From IMG/VR virus record IMGVR_UViG_3300005253_001115, positions 1 through 64,000 of that record: a stretch of DNA of 64,000 bases; one strand, given 5' to 3'. The notes under the pieces are model-generated. The model was not told where the DNA came from. It was given only the letters and a program-made list of their open reading frames with translations, and searched no databases. A program made the translations under genes and the position numbers. The number at the start of each line of letters is the position of its first letter. Position 1 is the first letter of the stretch. Below are positions 1 to 7,524 of this stretch, one piece after another.

Positions 1-45
1 GTTGCAACCCATCAGTCCTCGGTTTGATTCCGAGCAGCGCCTCCA
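1..45 (+). tRNA. tRNA-Cys(GCA), 5' part cut off by the window edge
   Basis: TT-GCA-AC anticodon loop, T arm ctcgg-TTTGATT-ccgag, ends in U73-CCA. Confidence 0.75.
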
Positions 46-54
46 AAGCTAGGT

Positions 55-71
55 GACCGCGACATGCGGTC
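55..71 (+). repeat. GACAG-family hairpin copy 1 (GACAT loop variant)
   Basis: gaccgc-GACAT-gcggtc. Confidence 0.75.
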
Positions 72-72
72 T

Positions 73-152
73 CGCTGGGTGGTGGAAATGGTATACGCAG
101 CCCTGAAAAAGCCGCCGAAAGGCATGCGGGTTCGAGTCCCGCCCCAGCAACC
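73..152 (+). tRNA. Atypical Leu-type (long variable arm) tRNA with GAA anticodon; possibly degenerate
   Basis: Leu-like D arm, ccgaaagg variable arm, perfect T arm; 6-bp acceptor plus C.A pair; anticodon stem has 2 mismatches around CT-GAA-AA. Confidence 0.5.
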
Positions 153-274
153 TTAGACCGAACCCTTCGCAGGCCGCGAGGAGGGACCTCGGAAGCCCCA
201 TCGCGGCTCCGAAAATGGGCAAGCTGGAAGCCCCAAAGTGTAGCCAGTACGGGCACCTTGACTAAAGACTCTCC

Positions 275-547
275 ATGGACGATACTCTGGTGGAAACCAA
301 GACGAGGTGGAAAGTAGTGGAGATCGTAATTGGTCCGACCAAGACAGCCAAGTGGGCAGAAGGTGATGACTGGGACTGGAAAAAGTCCTTCCTAGAGCTA
401 AAGAAATCTGTGGTACGTGCCGAAGATAAGTGGCACATCCTCCTGAGGGTTGACGAGGGGGAGAAGGACGCAATTTACGCCATGTGCGATGGCCGGTTCC
501 GGGTGGAGACGGTTTTAGAGCACGTAGAAGAGAAGAAGACGGAGTAA
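275..547 (+). CDS. hypothetical protein
   Basis: 90-aa ORF, abuts the next ORF. Confidence 0.6.
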   Translation: MDDTLVETKTRWKVVEIVIGPTKTAKWAEGDDWDWKKSFLELKKSVVRAEDKWHILLRVDEGEKDAIYAMCDGRFRVETVLEHVEEKKTE

Positions 548-931
548 TTGATGTGTGGTGGTGACATGACAGGTGTGCCCGAGCTGGGCAGTGAAGAGTG
601 GCAGAGTCAGTGCAATGAAGAGGCGAGCTTCTTGAGCACGTTCGCGGGGGCGCTGGCGCGGGCTACTGATAAGATAGCTGACAACGACCTGCACGCAGAT
701 GCACGTATGTTGCTTGCAGGTGTTATAGACTCGGTTGTTACCGGTCTTGGAGTACACGCCACGGACACTATCGTCCCAGCCGACGGCATGAGATTCTTGT
801 TTATGTACGAGACATGCTGTGACATGATTGACGTAGCCCCGCTGGTTATCAGCGTGGTGACTCCAGCAGGTCGCGAAAAAGAGGTTCTGGGGGCTAGCTA
901 CACTCTACGCCATAACCTGTTGGCCGAATAA
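548..931 (+). CDS. hypothetical protein
   Basis: 127-aa ORF in tandem arrangement. Confidence 0.6.
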   Translation: MMCGGDMTGVPELGSEEWQSQCNEEASFLSTFAGALARATDKIADNDLHADARMLLAGVIDSVVTGLGVHATDTIVPADGMRFLFMYETCCDMIDVAPLVISVVTPAGREKEVLGASYTLRHNLLAE

Positions 932-943
932 CTAACGATTTCC

Positions 944-1014
944 ATTCTGTATGGTGACGATCTAACACGCTGCGTTTTGACCGCAGAGACCCGGGCCAAA
1001 TCCCGGTTCAGAGT
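944..1014 (+). pseudogene. degenerate tRNA-Gln(TTG)-like sequence
   Basis: Perfect ctgcg-TT-TTG-AC-cgcag arm, but non-consensus T loop (ccaaat) and no CCA. Confidence 0.45.
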
Positions 1015-1018
1015 AGAT

Positions 1019-1088
1019 TAGCTGTGGCTCAGGATGAGCACTCCGGTCTTTAATCTGGAGAGGCAGGGTTCAATCCCCTGACAGTTGA
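1019..1088 (+). tRNA. tRNA-Pyl-like fold with 8-nt anticodon loop (TCTTTAAT)
   Basis: 7-bp acceptor, 1-nt linker, gctc-AGGAT-gagc D arm, 6-bp anticodon stem ctccgg/ctggag, 3-nt variable loop, caggg-TTCAATC-ccctg. Confidence 0.55.
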
Positions 1089-1090
1089 AC

Positions 1091-1105
1091 ACCGCGACAG
1101 GCGGT
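1091..1105 (+). repeat. GACAG hairpin copy 2
   Basis: accgc-GACAG-gcggt. Confidence 0.85.
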
Positions 1106-1185
1106 AACCCAGGATGACCCCGGGGAAATGAGCATAGCCTATTCGGCCCAATCTCAGGACCCCGGGAGACTCCTTTCTAGTTTAT

Positions 1186-1269
1186 GCCCGTGTGGTGGAA
1201 TGGCAGACACGGAGGGTTTAAGCCCCTCTGCCGCAAGGCGTGCCGGTTCAAATCCGGCCATGGGTACCA
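1186..1269 (+). tRNA. tRNA-Leu(TAA)
   Basis: gaggg-TT-TAA-GC-ccctc, long variable arm, CCA. Confidence 0.93.
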
Positions 1270-1283
1270 ATTTAGGAGCATAG

Positions 1284-2060
1284 ATGGTACGGGTAGCAAT
1301 TATGCGAGAGCCCTCTCGCAGCTACGCACTCTACTGCAAGCCGGAAACAGGCATCAGCTATTCCAAGGCGCTTCGACAGCACCAGAGGCTCCGTGGCGTC
1401 TATCGCAGACACGGCTACAAAATTGAGCTTCTTCCGAGAAGCTGGAAATACGTAGCAAGCACTTTCACCCAGGACACGGCCTTTGTGTCTGGCGATGAGG
1501 CGTTGCTCACTAATTGCATGTCTTCCTGGCGCACGAAAGAGCCTCGGCACCGGAGTCACCTTCAACGCACATTGGAAAAGTACGTTCGCGTGGTGGGTCA
1601 GATGGGGCTCCCTGCTGAGCTAGACGTGGGCGAGGTCGTCAAGACCGACGACGAATACATAGTGGGTTGCGCCACAAGGGCGGCATACGCAGGTATCCGG
1701 CAAATCCGGCAGAAGCTCAATCTGGACCTCCCAATCAGGACAGCCAAGCGCCAAGATGATGGCATGCCACACCTGGGCTCTGGTCTCAGCTACCTTGGTG
1801 ATGGGTGGTTGCTGGCTTCAGAGCTTTTGGAGGGCTATCCCTTTCTTGCTGCTTACAATGTACTCTGGGTTCCCCAGGGAGATGAAAACGGAGCCAACGT
1901 GGTCCGGTTGGCTGACGGCTGCCTGATCGCTTCCTCCGATTCTCCGTGGACCGTAGGTGCCCTTCGCGACATGGGTTTTGACGTGGAAACCGTCGATCTA
2001 TCCGAGTACAACAAAGCGTGCGGGCACGTTTCTTGCCTTTCCATTAACATCGTCCTATGA
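1284..2060 (+). CDS. amidinotransferase/DDAH-like (pentein superfamily) protein
   Basis: FTQD, PHLGSG and C-terminal EYNKACGHVSCLS motifs match DDAH/arginine deiminase catalytic positions. Confidence 0.75.
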   Translation: MVRVAIMREPSRSYALYCKPETGISYSKALRQHQRLRGVYRRHGYKIELLPRSWKYVASTFTQDTAFVSGDEALLTNCMSSWRTKEPRHRSHLQRTLEKYVRVVGQMGLPAELDVGEVVKTDDEYIVGCATRAAYAGIRQIRQKLNLDLPIRTAKRQDDGMPHLGSGLSYLGDGWLLASELLEGYPFLAAYNVLWVPQGDENGANVVRLADGCLIASSDSPWTVGALRDMGFDVETVDLSEYNKACGHVSCLSINIVL

Positions 2061-2458
2061 TGGAAGCCCAGCCGATCACATTGCCCAGATCGGCTGTGGC
2101 CTTAGAAACCCGGCACGGGGCTCTGGACCCCTTCGTCACTAACAAGAGTCAAGATCTGCTTGGCCCCAGCATCGGCTATGCTCATTACAAAGGTTGCAGA
2201 ACCGTCGATAGTTTGACCCTGGAAGACCTGTACGTTGAAAGCTCCGCTTTTGTTTCCGCTTGCGGGTGCTCACCCGTCGCCCAGGCCGGGTGTACAGACT
2301 CTAGGTACCGTGTATTGCTCACTGTAGAGGGCTGGCTTGACCCAGGCCGCGTTTATTACGTCAGCGGGTGGCTGGGTGAGGGTCTGTGCGGGCTCGCGCC
2401 AGAGGCGGTGCTTACACGCCGAGAGGCAATCCGGCTCAAGAAGCGGGGTTATCTCTAA
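2057..2458 (+). CDS. hypothetical protein
   Basis: ATGA overlap with upstream gene. Confidence 0.55.
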   Translation: MMEAQPITLPRSAVALETRHGALDPFVTNKSQDLLGPSIGYAHYKGCRTVDSLTLEDLYVESSAFVSACGCSPVAQAGCTDSRYRVLLTVEGWLDPGRVYYVSGWLGEGLCGLAPEAVLTRREAIRLKKRGYL

Positions 2459-2474
2459 GCATGAGGAGTTGAGC

Positions 2475-3167
2475 ATGCTACGTAAATCGAACCGTCCCTA
2501 CACAGACCGAACACCCCGCCAACGGTGGAAGGGGGCACTCTCTCGTTTCAATGCTAATCGCGAGCTTATGGCCCATCTCCCCGAGGGGGTAGAGTTGCCC
2601 GAGCCGTTCGAGGCTACGGCCGAAACCGAGGACAGCTTCTTTACAGATCTCGGAGAGTCCGCCAAGGCGAACTCGGCGTTCCGTCGGGTCGAGTACACCG
2701 GCAACAATATGCAGCTTGTACTAATGACACTCAAGCCCGGGGAAGAGATTGGAGAAGAGGTCCACGAGGCTGTGTCCCAGTTCCTACGTATTGAGCAGGG
2801 CTCGGGGGAGCTGACCCTGGGCGAACAAACCCACGAAATGAAACAGGAATCTGCTGTTGTAGTGCCTGAAGGTACGATTCACAATCTCGTAAACACGGGA
2901 TCAGTTGACATGCACCTTTACTCGATCTATAGTCCTCCGCAACATCCCGCCGGAACAGTCCACGAGACCAAAGAAGAGGCGGACGCCGCAGAGGACCACG
3001 AGGTCGAGGCGGGGATCTATGAGGGCGTAGAGGACATCACAATCAGCGATATTCTTGAGGCGCACGACAAGTGGCAGGCAGAGTCTCCCGGAGACTCTGG
3101 TGCGATTCACAGGTTCGTGGACGACTCCTGGGCAGCCAAGAGAGCAAAAAAAGTGGACGTAGGGTAG
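2475..3167 (+). CDS. cupin-domain protein with N- and C-terminal extensions
   Basis: QLVLMTLKPGEEIGEEVH ... VPEGTIHNLVNTG cupin motifs; GAGGAG RBS before ATG 2475. Confidence 0.8.
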   Translation: MLRKSNRPYTDRTPRQRWKGALSRFNANRELMAHLPEGVELPEPFEATAETEDSFFTDLGESAKANSAFRRVEYTGNNMQLVLMTLKPGEEIGEEVHEAVSQFLRIEQGSGELTLGEQTHEMKQESAVVVPEGTIHNLVNTGSVDMHLYSIYSPPQHPAGTVHETKEEADAAEDHEVEAGIYEGVEDITISDILEAHDKWQAESPGDSGAIHRFVDDSWAAKRAKKVDVG

Positions 3168-3274
3168 AACACTAAAGACCTTTCGTAGCGGCCGAACCCA
3201 TACCCGCGCTACCGGGTGGGTTAGGTGCCGGGGCAGGACCCGCAGTGCCCATGGAATACCTGCGGGGTTTTCTC

Positions 3275-3301
3275 TAAAGATCTTGAAGAAAGAACCGAAG
3301 G
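3275..3301 (+). promoter_or_regulatory. sigma28-like promoter
   Basis: TAAA-N15-ACCGAAGG. Confidence 0.45.
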
Positions 3302-3481
3302 ATGAGAATAGCGCGTGATGTTGATCTGGGCAGGCCAAATTTCTGCTTGGGGAGTCGGGTGGAGCGAACCGGGACGAAGTTCAAGCTATCGGCGTGGGCG
3401 ATGCACCCACGGATCGACCTGGGGAGCGGCAGTTGGGACCGGGATGTCTAAACCGGGCGTGCTCTATGCTGAGGAGGTATC

Positions 3482-3700
3482 ATGGCGAAACCAAAGATGC
3501 AACGACTGGCTTTTGACTTCCCTGCACAGGCCGTCGAAGAACTTGATAGGCTCAGGGCAGAGTTCACGCACCAGGAGACGCGGGCAGATCTCCTGCGAGA
3601 CGCGCTGAAGCTTTACAAGTTCCTGGCCGAGCACCGGGCAGATGGCTACGAGGTGTTGGTGCGCAAGATAGAGGGCGAGAAGATAATAATCGACTTCTAG
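3482..3700 (+). CDS. ribbon-helix-helix (CopG-like) DNA-binding protein
   Basis: Alternating strand RLAFDF followed by two helices (VEELDRL, TRADLLRDAL); GAGGAGG RBS. Confidence 0.7.
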   Translation: MAKPKMQRLAFDFPAQAVEELDRLRAEFTHQETRADLLRDALKLYKFLAEHRADGYEVLVRKIEGEKIIIDF

Positions 3701-3707
3701 GCGACAC

Positions 3708-3734
3708 TAAAGAACTTGCATAGCGGGCCGGTAG
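3708..3734 (+). promoter_or_regulatory. sigma28-like promoter
   Basis: TAAA-N15-GCCGGTAG. Confidence 0.5.
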
Positions 3735-3763
3735 AGGCCGCTCAAATCCTGAAAGGAGATAGC

Positions 3764-3967
3764 ATGAATCAGACCGAGATCACAATGTTTTTCGAAGAGC
3801 ATATCCGTTCAATGGCCCGAGCCACCTCAGTGGCTCGTGTAATGGTTGCGCTGCACAATGTGTGCGTTCACGGCAAAATCTTCGATGAGACTGGTGAGGA
3901 TGTGTCGGAAGAACAACTTGGTGAGCTGTTTGACCATTTCGAGGGCATCCTGGGTATCTTGAAATAG
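3764..3967 (+). CDS. hypothetical protein
   Basis: AGGAG RBS before ATG 3764. Confidence 0.6.
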   Translation: MNQTEITMFFEEHIRSMARATSVARVMVALHNVCVHGKIFDETGEDVSEEQLGELFDHFEGILGILK

Positions 3968-4157
3968 GTGTATCGAATCCCGAGGCACAGGAGAAACATG
4001 AGAGACATAATCGTGGGGCTTGGTGCGATTTTAGCGGCGGTTCTTTCCTACACCACGAACCACCACGTAATCTGGGCCATCTGCCACGGTATTCTCAGTT
4101 GGTTCTATGTGGCTTATCGTACTTTGGGGTACGGGGTATCTTGAAATAGGTGTATCG
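3952..4157 (+). repeat. 24-bp direct repeat (3952-3975 / 4134-4157)
   Basis: gggtatcttgaaataggtgtatcg occurs twice. Confidence 0.9.
3998..4144 (+). CDS. small membrane protein (48 aa, not in ORF track)
   Basis: AGGAG RBS; MRDIIVGLGAILAAVLSYTTNHHVIWAICHGILSWFYVAYRTLGYGVS. Confidence 0.7.
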   Translation: MRDIIVGLGAILAAVLSYTTNHHVIWAICHGILSWFYVAYRTLGYGVS

Positions 4158-4458
4158 TTTGTGGTTTTGTCGAAGAAAAACTAGAGCCGCAGCACGCAGA
4201 ATCGAAGAGGTTCTAGCGCGCACGGGAGGTAAATATCTGGATGCTTCAGCGTGGGCGAAGATCCGTGATCTTTCAGAGACTGAAGCACAACAACAGCTCA
4301 ACGAAGGCGTAGCTAAAGGGCTTTTCGAGAGATGTCTTCTGTACACGGGTTCTGAATTCTCTCCTTTCGTGGTTCCGCTGGGCTGGGACGTAAATCCTTC
4401 AGAATTTCGGGAAGTGTTCATCGCTTCAACAAAACGAAAAAGTTCCAGAAAAGACTAA
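4150..4458 (+). CDS. hypothetical protein
   Basis: 102-aa ORF. Confidence 0.5.
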   Translation: MYRLWFCRRKTRAAARRIEEVLARTGGKYLDASAWAKIRDLSETEAQQQLNEGVAKGLFERCLLYTGSEFSPFVVPLGWDVNPSEFREVFIASTKRKSSRKD

Positions 4459-4482
4459 AGAACTGCTGCGAACGGCCGAAGA
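4456..4482 (+). promoter_or_regulatory. sigma28-like promoter
   Basis: TAAA-N15-GCCGAAGA. Confidence 0.55.
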
Positions 4483-4680
4483 GTAGTATTCGTGCCGGGA
4501 GCTGTCAAAGGTGGCCCGGAAGAGCATGTGGTGGGGTGAAACCTCATCCTGTCGAGTACGCTGCCAAGTAGCCATGTGGGGTCCGTTTCGAGTCCCCGGA
4601 TACATGAAAACGACCACATAAGGGGAGTAGAGACCCCGTTGCTCGATTTTACTGCTGCAAGAGAAAATAGACTAAAGACC

Positions 4681-4709
4681 TTGCAGCGAACGAACAAAGG
4701 TGTTATATA
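4681..4709 (+). promoter_or_regulatory. sigma70-type promoter for a leaderless leader ORF
   Basis: TTGCAG-N17-TATATA with extended-10 TG; ATG follows at 4716. Confidence 0.6.
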
Positions 4710-4715
4710 TACAGC

Positions 4716-4859
4716 ATGGACAACAGAGAACTCAGAACCACCTCAGAAAGCGGTAGCCAGGGCGAGAGCACCGAGACCCTTATTACGGGCGACGGGACCA
4801 CTGTAGCCCCGGCCATAGTGGGACGAGAATGGGCGATGCGCGGTGGTGAGAGCGTGTAG
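4716..4859 (+). CDS. putative attenuator leader peptide (47 aa)
   Basis: No RBS; TAG directly precedes alternative hairpins. Confidence 0.55.
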   Translation: MDNRELRTTSESGSQGESTETLITGDGTTVAPAIVGREWAMRGGESV

Positions 4860-4862
4860 TCT

Positions 4863-4915
4863 GGGTACCAAAGAGTTTTTCAAACCCTTGGTACCCGCAG
4901 GTACCGGGGTTTTTT
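4863..4915 (+). terminator. intrinsic terminator with competing antiterminator
   Basis: cccttggtacc-cgca-ggtaccgggg-TTTTTT competes with gggtaccaa/ttggtaccc. Confidence 0.75.
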
Positions 4916-5070
4916 CGTTTAGGAGCATGATGAAGAATCTCACGAGAACTTACGATGCTGGTTGTTGCATAAACCAAGGAGCTATCCCTGTAGGCTGGCG
5001 GCTCGTGGTTTTTGGTTGGGAGATACGTTTAGCTCCGGTGGCTAGAAGGCCGGATTGCGGAGAACATTGA

Positions 5071-5145
5071 TGCGGCGTAGTTCAATGGCAGAACAGGGTC
5101 CTCATAAGGCTCATGTCGGTGGTTCGATTCCACCCGTCGCAACCA
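5071..5145 (+). tRNA. tRNA-Met(CAT), elongator Met or Ile2
   Basis: gggtc-CT-CAT-AA-ggctc, paired 1-72, CCA. Confidence 0.88.
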
Positions 5146-5158
5146 TTTAGAGGCTTAA

Positions 5159-5551
5159 ATGCACGTAAATGAAATTGGGGCTTTGGCCGAGATCAAAGTA
5201 GCTGCTAGGCTCATGGAGCAGGGGTACATAGTATCTAAGCCTGTTTTTGGTGATGCTCGCTACGACTTGCTGGCAGACAACGGAAGCATACATCGAGTAC
5301 AGTGTAAAAACGGACGTTTACGTAATGGCGTGGTAAAATTCAAGACTAGAAGCCACTGCGCGTTCACAGGCGCGGACAGTCCGTACACTTCGGACGAGAT
5401 CGAATTTTTTGGGGTCTACTGCCCTGAACTGGAAACTGTTTACCTCGTGCCTGTAGGCGACGTTCCTCAGGATAAAGGACATCTTAGAGTGGAGCCCACC
5501 AAAAATGGGCAGGTAAAAGGAATAACGCTAGCAGCTTCGTATCTGCTATAG
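5159..5551 (+). CDS. PD-(D/E)XK homing endonuclease (I-Ssp6803I-like), free-standing
   Basis: GALAE...P..D.RYDLL...RVQCK and FFGVYCP motifs. Confidence 0.8.
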   Translation: MHVNEIGALAEIKVAARLMEQGYIVSKPVFGDARYDLLADNGSIHRVQCKNGRLRNGVVKFKTRSHCAFTGADSPYTSDEIEFFGVYCPELETVYLVPVGDVPQDKGHLRVEPTKNGQVKGITLAASYLL

Positions 5552-5564
5552 GAAAAGGATATTT

Positions 5565-5640
5565 GGGGGCGTAGCTCATTTGGGAGAGCACCTGTTTTGC
5601 AATCAGGAGGTAGTCGGTTCGATCCCGACCGTTTCCACCA
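5565..5640 (+). tRNA. tRNA-Ala(TGC)
   Basis: Cloverleaf, G3.U70, CCA. Confidence 0.92.
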
Positions 5641-5646
5641 CATAAT

Positions 5647-5722
5647 GCACCATTAGCTCATTTGGAAGAGCGTCAGATTTCCAATCTGAAGGCGGTCGGA
5701 TCGTAGCCGACATGGTGCTCCA
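5647..5722 (+). tRNA. tRNA-Gly(TCC)
   Basis: tcaga-TT-TCC-AA-tctga; atypical T loop ATCGTAG; CCA. Confidence 0.88.
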
Positions 5723-5727
5723 TATAA

Positions 5728-5803
<76 letters not shown>

Positions 5804-5807
5804 CTTT

Positions 5808-5883
5808 GGTCCCATAGTTTATCGGTTAGAACACCGGGTTCTCAACCCGGAAAGGGAGGGTTCGATTCCCCCTGGGACTACCA
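5808..5883 (+). tRNA. tRNA-Glu(CTC)
   Basis: ccggg-TT-CTC-AA-cccgg, CCA. Confidence 0.92.
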
Positions 5884-5905
5884 TTTAGGAATGAAAGGAA
5901 CATAT

Positions 5906-5982
5906 TGGGGTGTGGCTTACCGGTAAAAGCGCCGAGCTGATATCTCGGAGACAGGCGGGTTCGACTCCCCCGACCCCAACCA
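5906..5982 (+). tRNA. tRNA-Ile(GAT)
   Basis: ccgag-CT-GAT-AT-ctcgg; a few stem mismatches; CCA. Confidence 0.8.
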
Positions 5983-5986
5983 ATTT

Positions 5987-6061
5987 GCCTCTATAGTTCA
6001 ATGGCTAGAATTGCTGTTTTGTACTCAGCGGATCTCAGTTCGATTCTGAGTAGGGGCTCCA
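5987..6061 (+). tRNA. tRNA-Thr(TGT)
   Basis: TT-TGT-AC loop, CCA. Confidence 0.85.
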
Positions 6062-6066
6062 CATAT

Positions 6067-6143
6067 ACGGCTGTAGCATAACCGGAGAATGCCCCGCCCT
6101 GCGAAGGCGGAGATTGTAGGTTCGAATCCTATCAGCCGTGCCA
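6067..6143 (+). tRNA. tRNA-Arg(GCG)
   Basis: ccgcc-CT-GCG-AA-ggcgg, CCA. Confidence 0.9.
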
Positions 6144-6144
6144 C

Positions 6145-6247
6145 GTCGAACTGGAGATGCGGGTTGGATTCCCGCCAGTTGCGCGATTGCGGACTGTAGC
6201 ATAAATGACAAGAACCGCGACAGGCGGTTCGTGAGTGCGCCGTTCAC
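6145..6247 (+). ncRNA. Y RNA (YrlA-like) circularly permuted tRNA mimic with GACAG hairpin (copy 3, 6212-6230) in the D loop
   Basis: 5' GT(C)GAAC pairs with 3' GTTCAC leaving a bulged C; order is T arm, loop-closed acceptor-like stem, D arm. Confidence 0.75.
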
Positions 6248-6254
6248 TTTACAT

Positions 6255-6321
6255 AGGGCGGGATCTGGGATCAGCAGAGCCTCCAAAACTCAGCAGCGGG
6301 GTTCGATTCCTCGTCGCCCTG
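6255..6321 (+). tRNA. tRNA-Trp(CCA), atypical with minimal D arm
   Basis: CT-CCA-AA loop, gatc-tgg-gatc D arm, canonical T arm, G73. Confidence 0.7.
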
Positions 6322-6354
6322 CGACTTTACTAAAGGAAAGAATGGAGAAGAGAC

Positions 6355-6912
6355 ATGAGTGGCAGCATCCTAGACAAGCGGTGGTTGACCCTGCACAAGG
6401 TTGAGGTAGAGGACATTTGCGTCTCTATTGCCGATCTGAACGCTGGGGAAAATCGCCCGGTCCACATCGGAACCGATGCGCAGAAGCACGGCAAGTTCTT
6501 GGATTTCGTCACGGCTGTGGTTGTGCTCGACCCCGGAAAGGGCGGACGTGTGTTCTACTGCAAGACGCGCGAGAAGCACATCAACAGCTTGCAGCACAAG
6601 CTCTTCACGGAGGTTGGCTTGAGCCTGGAGATTGCTCAGGCGCTTTGTGAGCATATCGACGCAGACCAGATTCAGGTTCACGTCGATGCGAACACCAACC
6701 TCAAGTGGGACTCCGGTAAGTATCACCAGCAGCTAGCGGGCATGGTTGTAGGTAGTGGCTTCAAGGCTGTCCTCAAGCCAGACGCCTGGGCAGCCTCGCA
6801 CGTTGCTGACCATGCTGTAAACGGCAAGAACGAGTCCTCGTCAACACGCCGCAGGAATAAGAAGGCCAGCAAGAGGGCAGGAAAGGCCGGTAAGAAGAGG
6901 TCGAAGAAGTAA
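6355..6912 (+). CDS. RNase H-like YkuK/DUF458 family protein with Lys/Arg-rich tail
   Basis: HIGTDAQ, FVTAVVV, KGGRVFY, VHVD and AASHVADH motifs. Confidence 0.85.
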   Translation: MSGSILDKRWLTLHKVEVEDICVSIADLNAGENRPVHIGTDAQKHGKFLDFVTAVVVLDPGKGGRVFYCKTREKHINSLQHKLFTEVGLSLEIAQALCEHIDADQIQVHVDANTNLKWDSGKYHQQLAGMVVGSGFKAVLKPDAWAASHVADHAVNGKNESSSTRRRNKKASKRAGKAGKKRSKK

Positions 6913-6921
6913 ATGAGTTTT

Positions 6922-6998
6922 GCCGCCGTAGCTCAATTGGATAGAGCATTCGGTTTCGACCCGAAAGGCTGGGGGTTCAAGTCCCTTCGGCGGTGCCA
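6922..6998 (+). tRNA. tRNA-Arg(TCG)
   Basis: ttcgg-TT-TCG-AC-ccgaa, CCA. Confidence 0.92.
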
Positions 6999-7441
6999 TG
7001 AAATATCCTGAGAAAGGAGACAAGTTTTGGTTCGTCCATGCCGGTTACCCGATAATTATCAGGGTGACCGTTATGGACAGCCATCATGGGGAAGTGGACA
7101 TTGACGAACCTGTCGGATTTGACTTAGAGTACACCGACCTGTACACTACGCTTGAAGAGGCAGCAGATGTTTTCTATAGAGACATGGAAGAGGCCAAGCT
7201 GCTCTGGGACGAGGACTTTCCAGGCCAGGGTCAGGTAGAGTTCGAGGAAGACTACACACTAGAGAAATATCGCGAAGACGTTGGTTACACCCTTCGAGTC
7301 TACGATGAGGAAGACGGGAAACAGCATACCCCACAGGGCTGGCCGGACAAGAGCGAGGACGAATGGTTCTCGTTGCGGGAAGTTCGAGAAATCCGAGGGA
7401 CGGACAGATCAGCGTTTGAGGAACTATACGGGGGCAGTTAG
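6998..7441 (+). CDS. hypothetical acidic protein
   Basis: 147-aa ORF filling the space between two tRNAs; ATG overlaps the tRNA CCA. Confidence 0.65.
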   Translation: MKYPEKGDKFWFVHAGYPIIIRVTVMDSHHGEVDIDEPVGFDLEYTDLYTTLEEAADVFYRDMEEAKLLWDEDFPGQGQVEFEEDYTLEKYREDVGYTLRVYDEEDGKQHTPQGWPDKSEDEWFSLREVREIRGTDRSAFEELYGGS

Positions 7442-7509
7442 CTCAGTCAGGCCAGAGCGCCGCCTTGACATGGCGGAGGTCACAGGTTCAAGTCCTGTAC
7501 TGCCCACCA
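7432..7509 (+). tRNA. tRNA-Val(GAC)
   Basis: ccgcc-TT-GAC-AT-ggcgg, CCA. Confidence 0.93.
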
Positions 7510-7524
7510 AATTTGGAGATTGCT

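Noticed and set aside
100-111. GCCCTGAAAAAG matches 12 nt of lambda boxB
   Set aside because: The 3' arm (GGGC) is missing so the hairpin cannot form, and it lies in a tRNA anticodon arm; probably chance.
5071-5565. Group I intron around the PD-(D/E)XK gene
   Set aside because: Both flanking tRNAs are uninterrupted and there is no room for an intron core.
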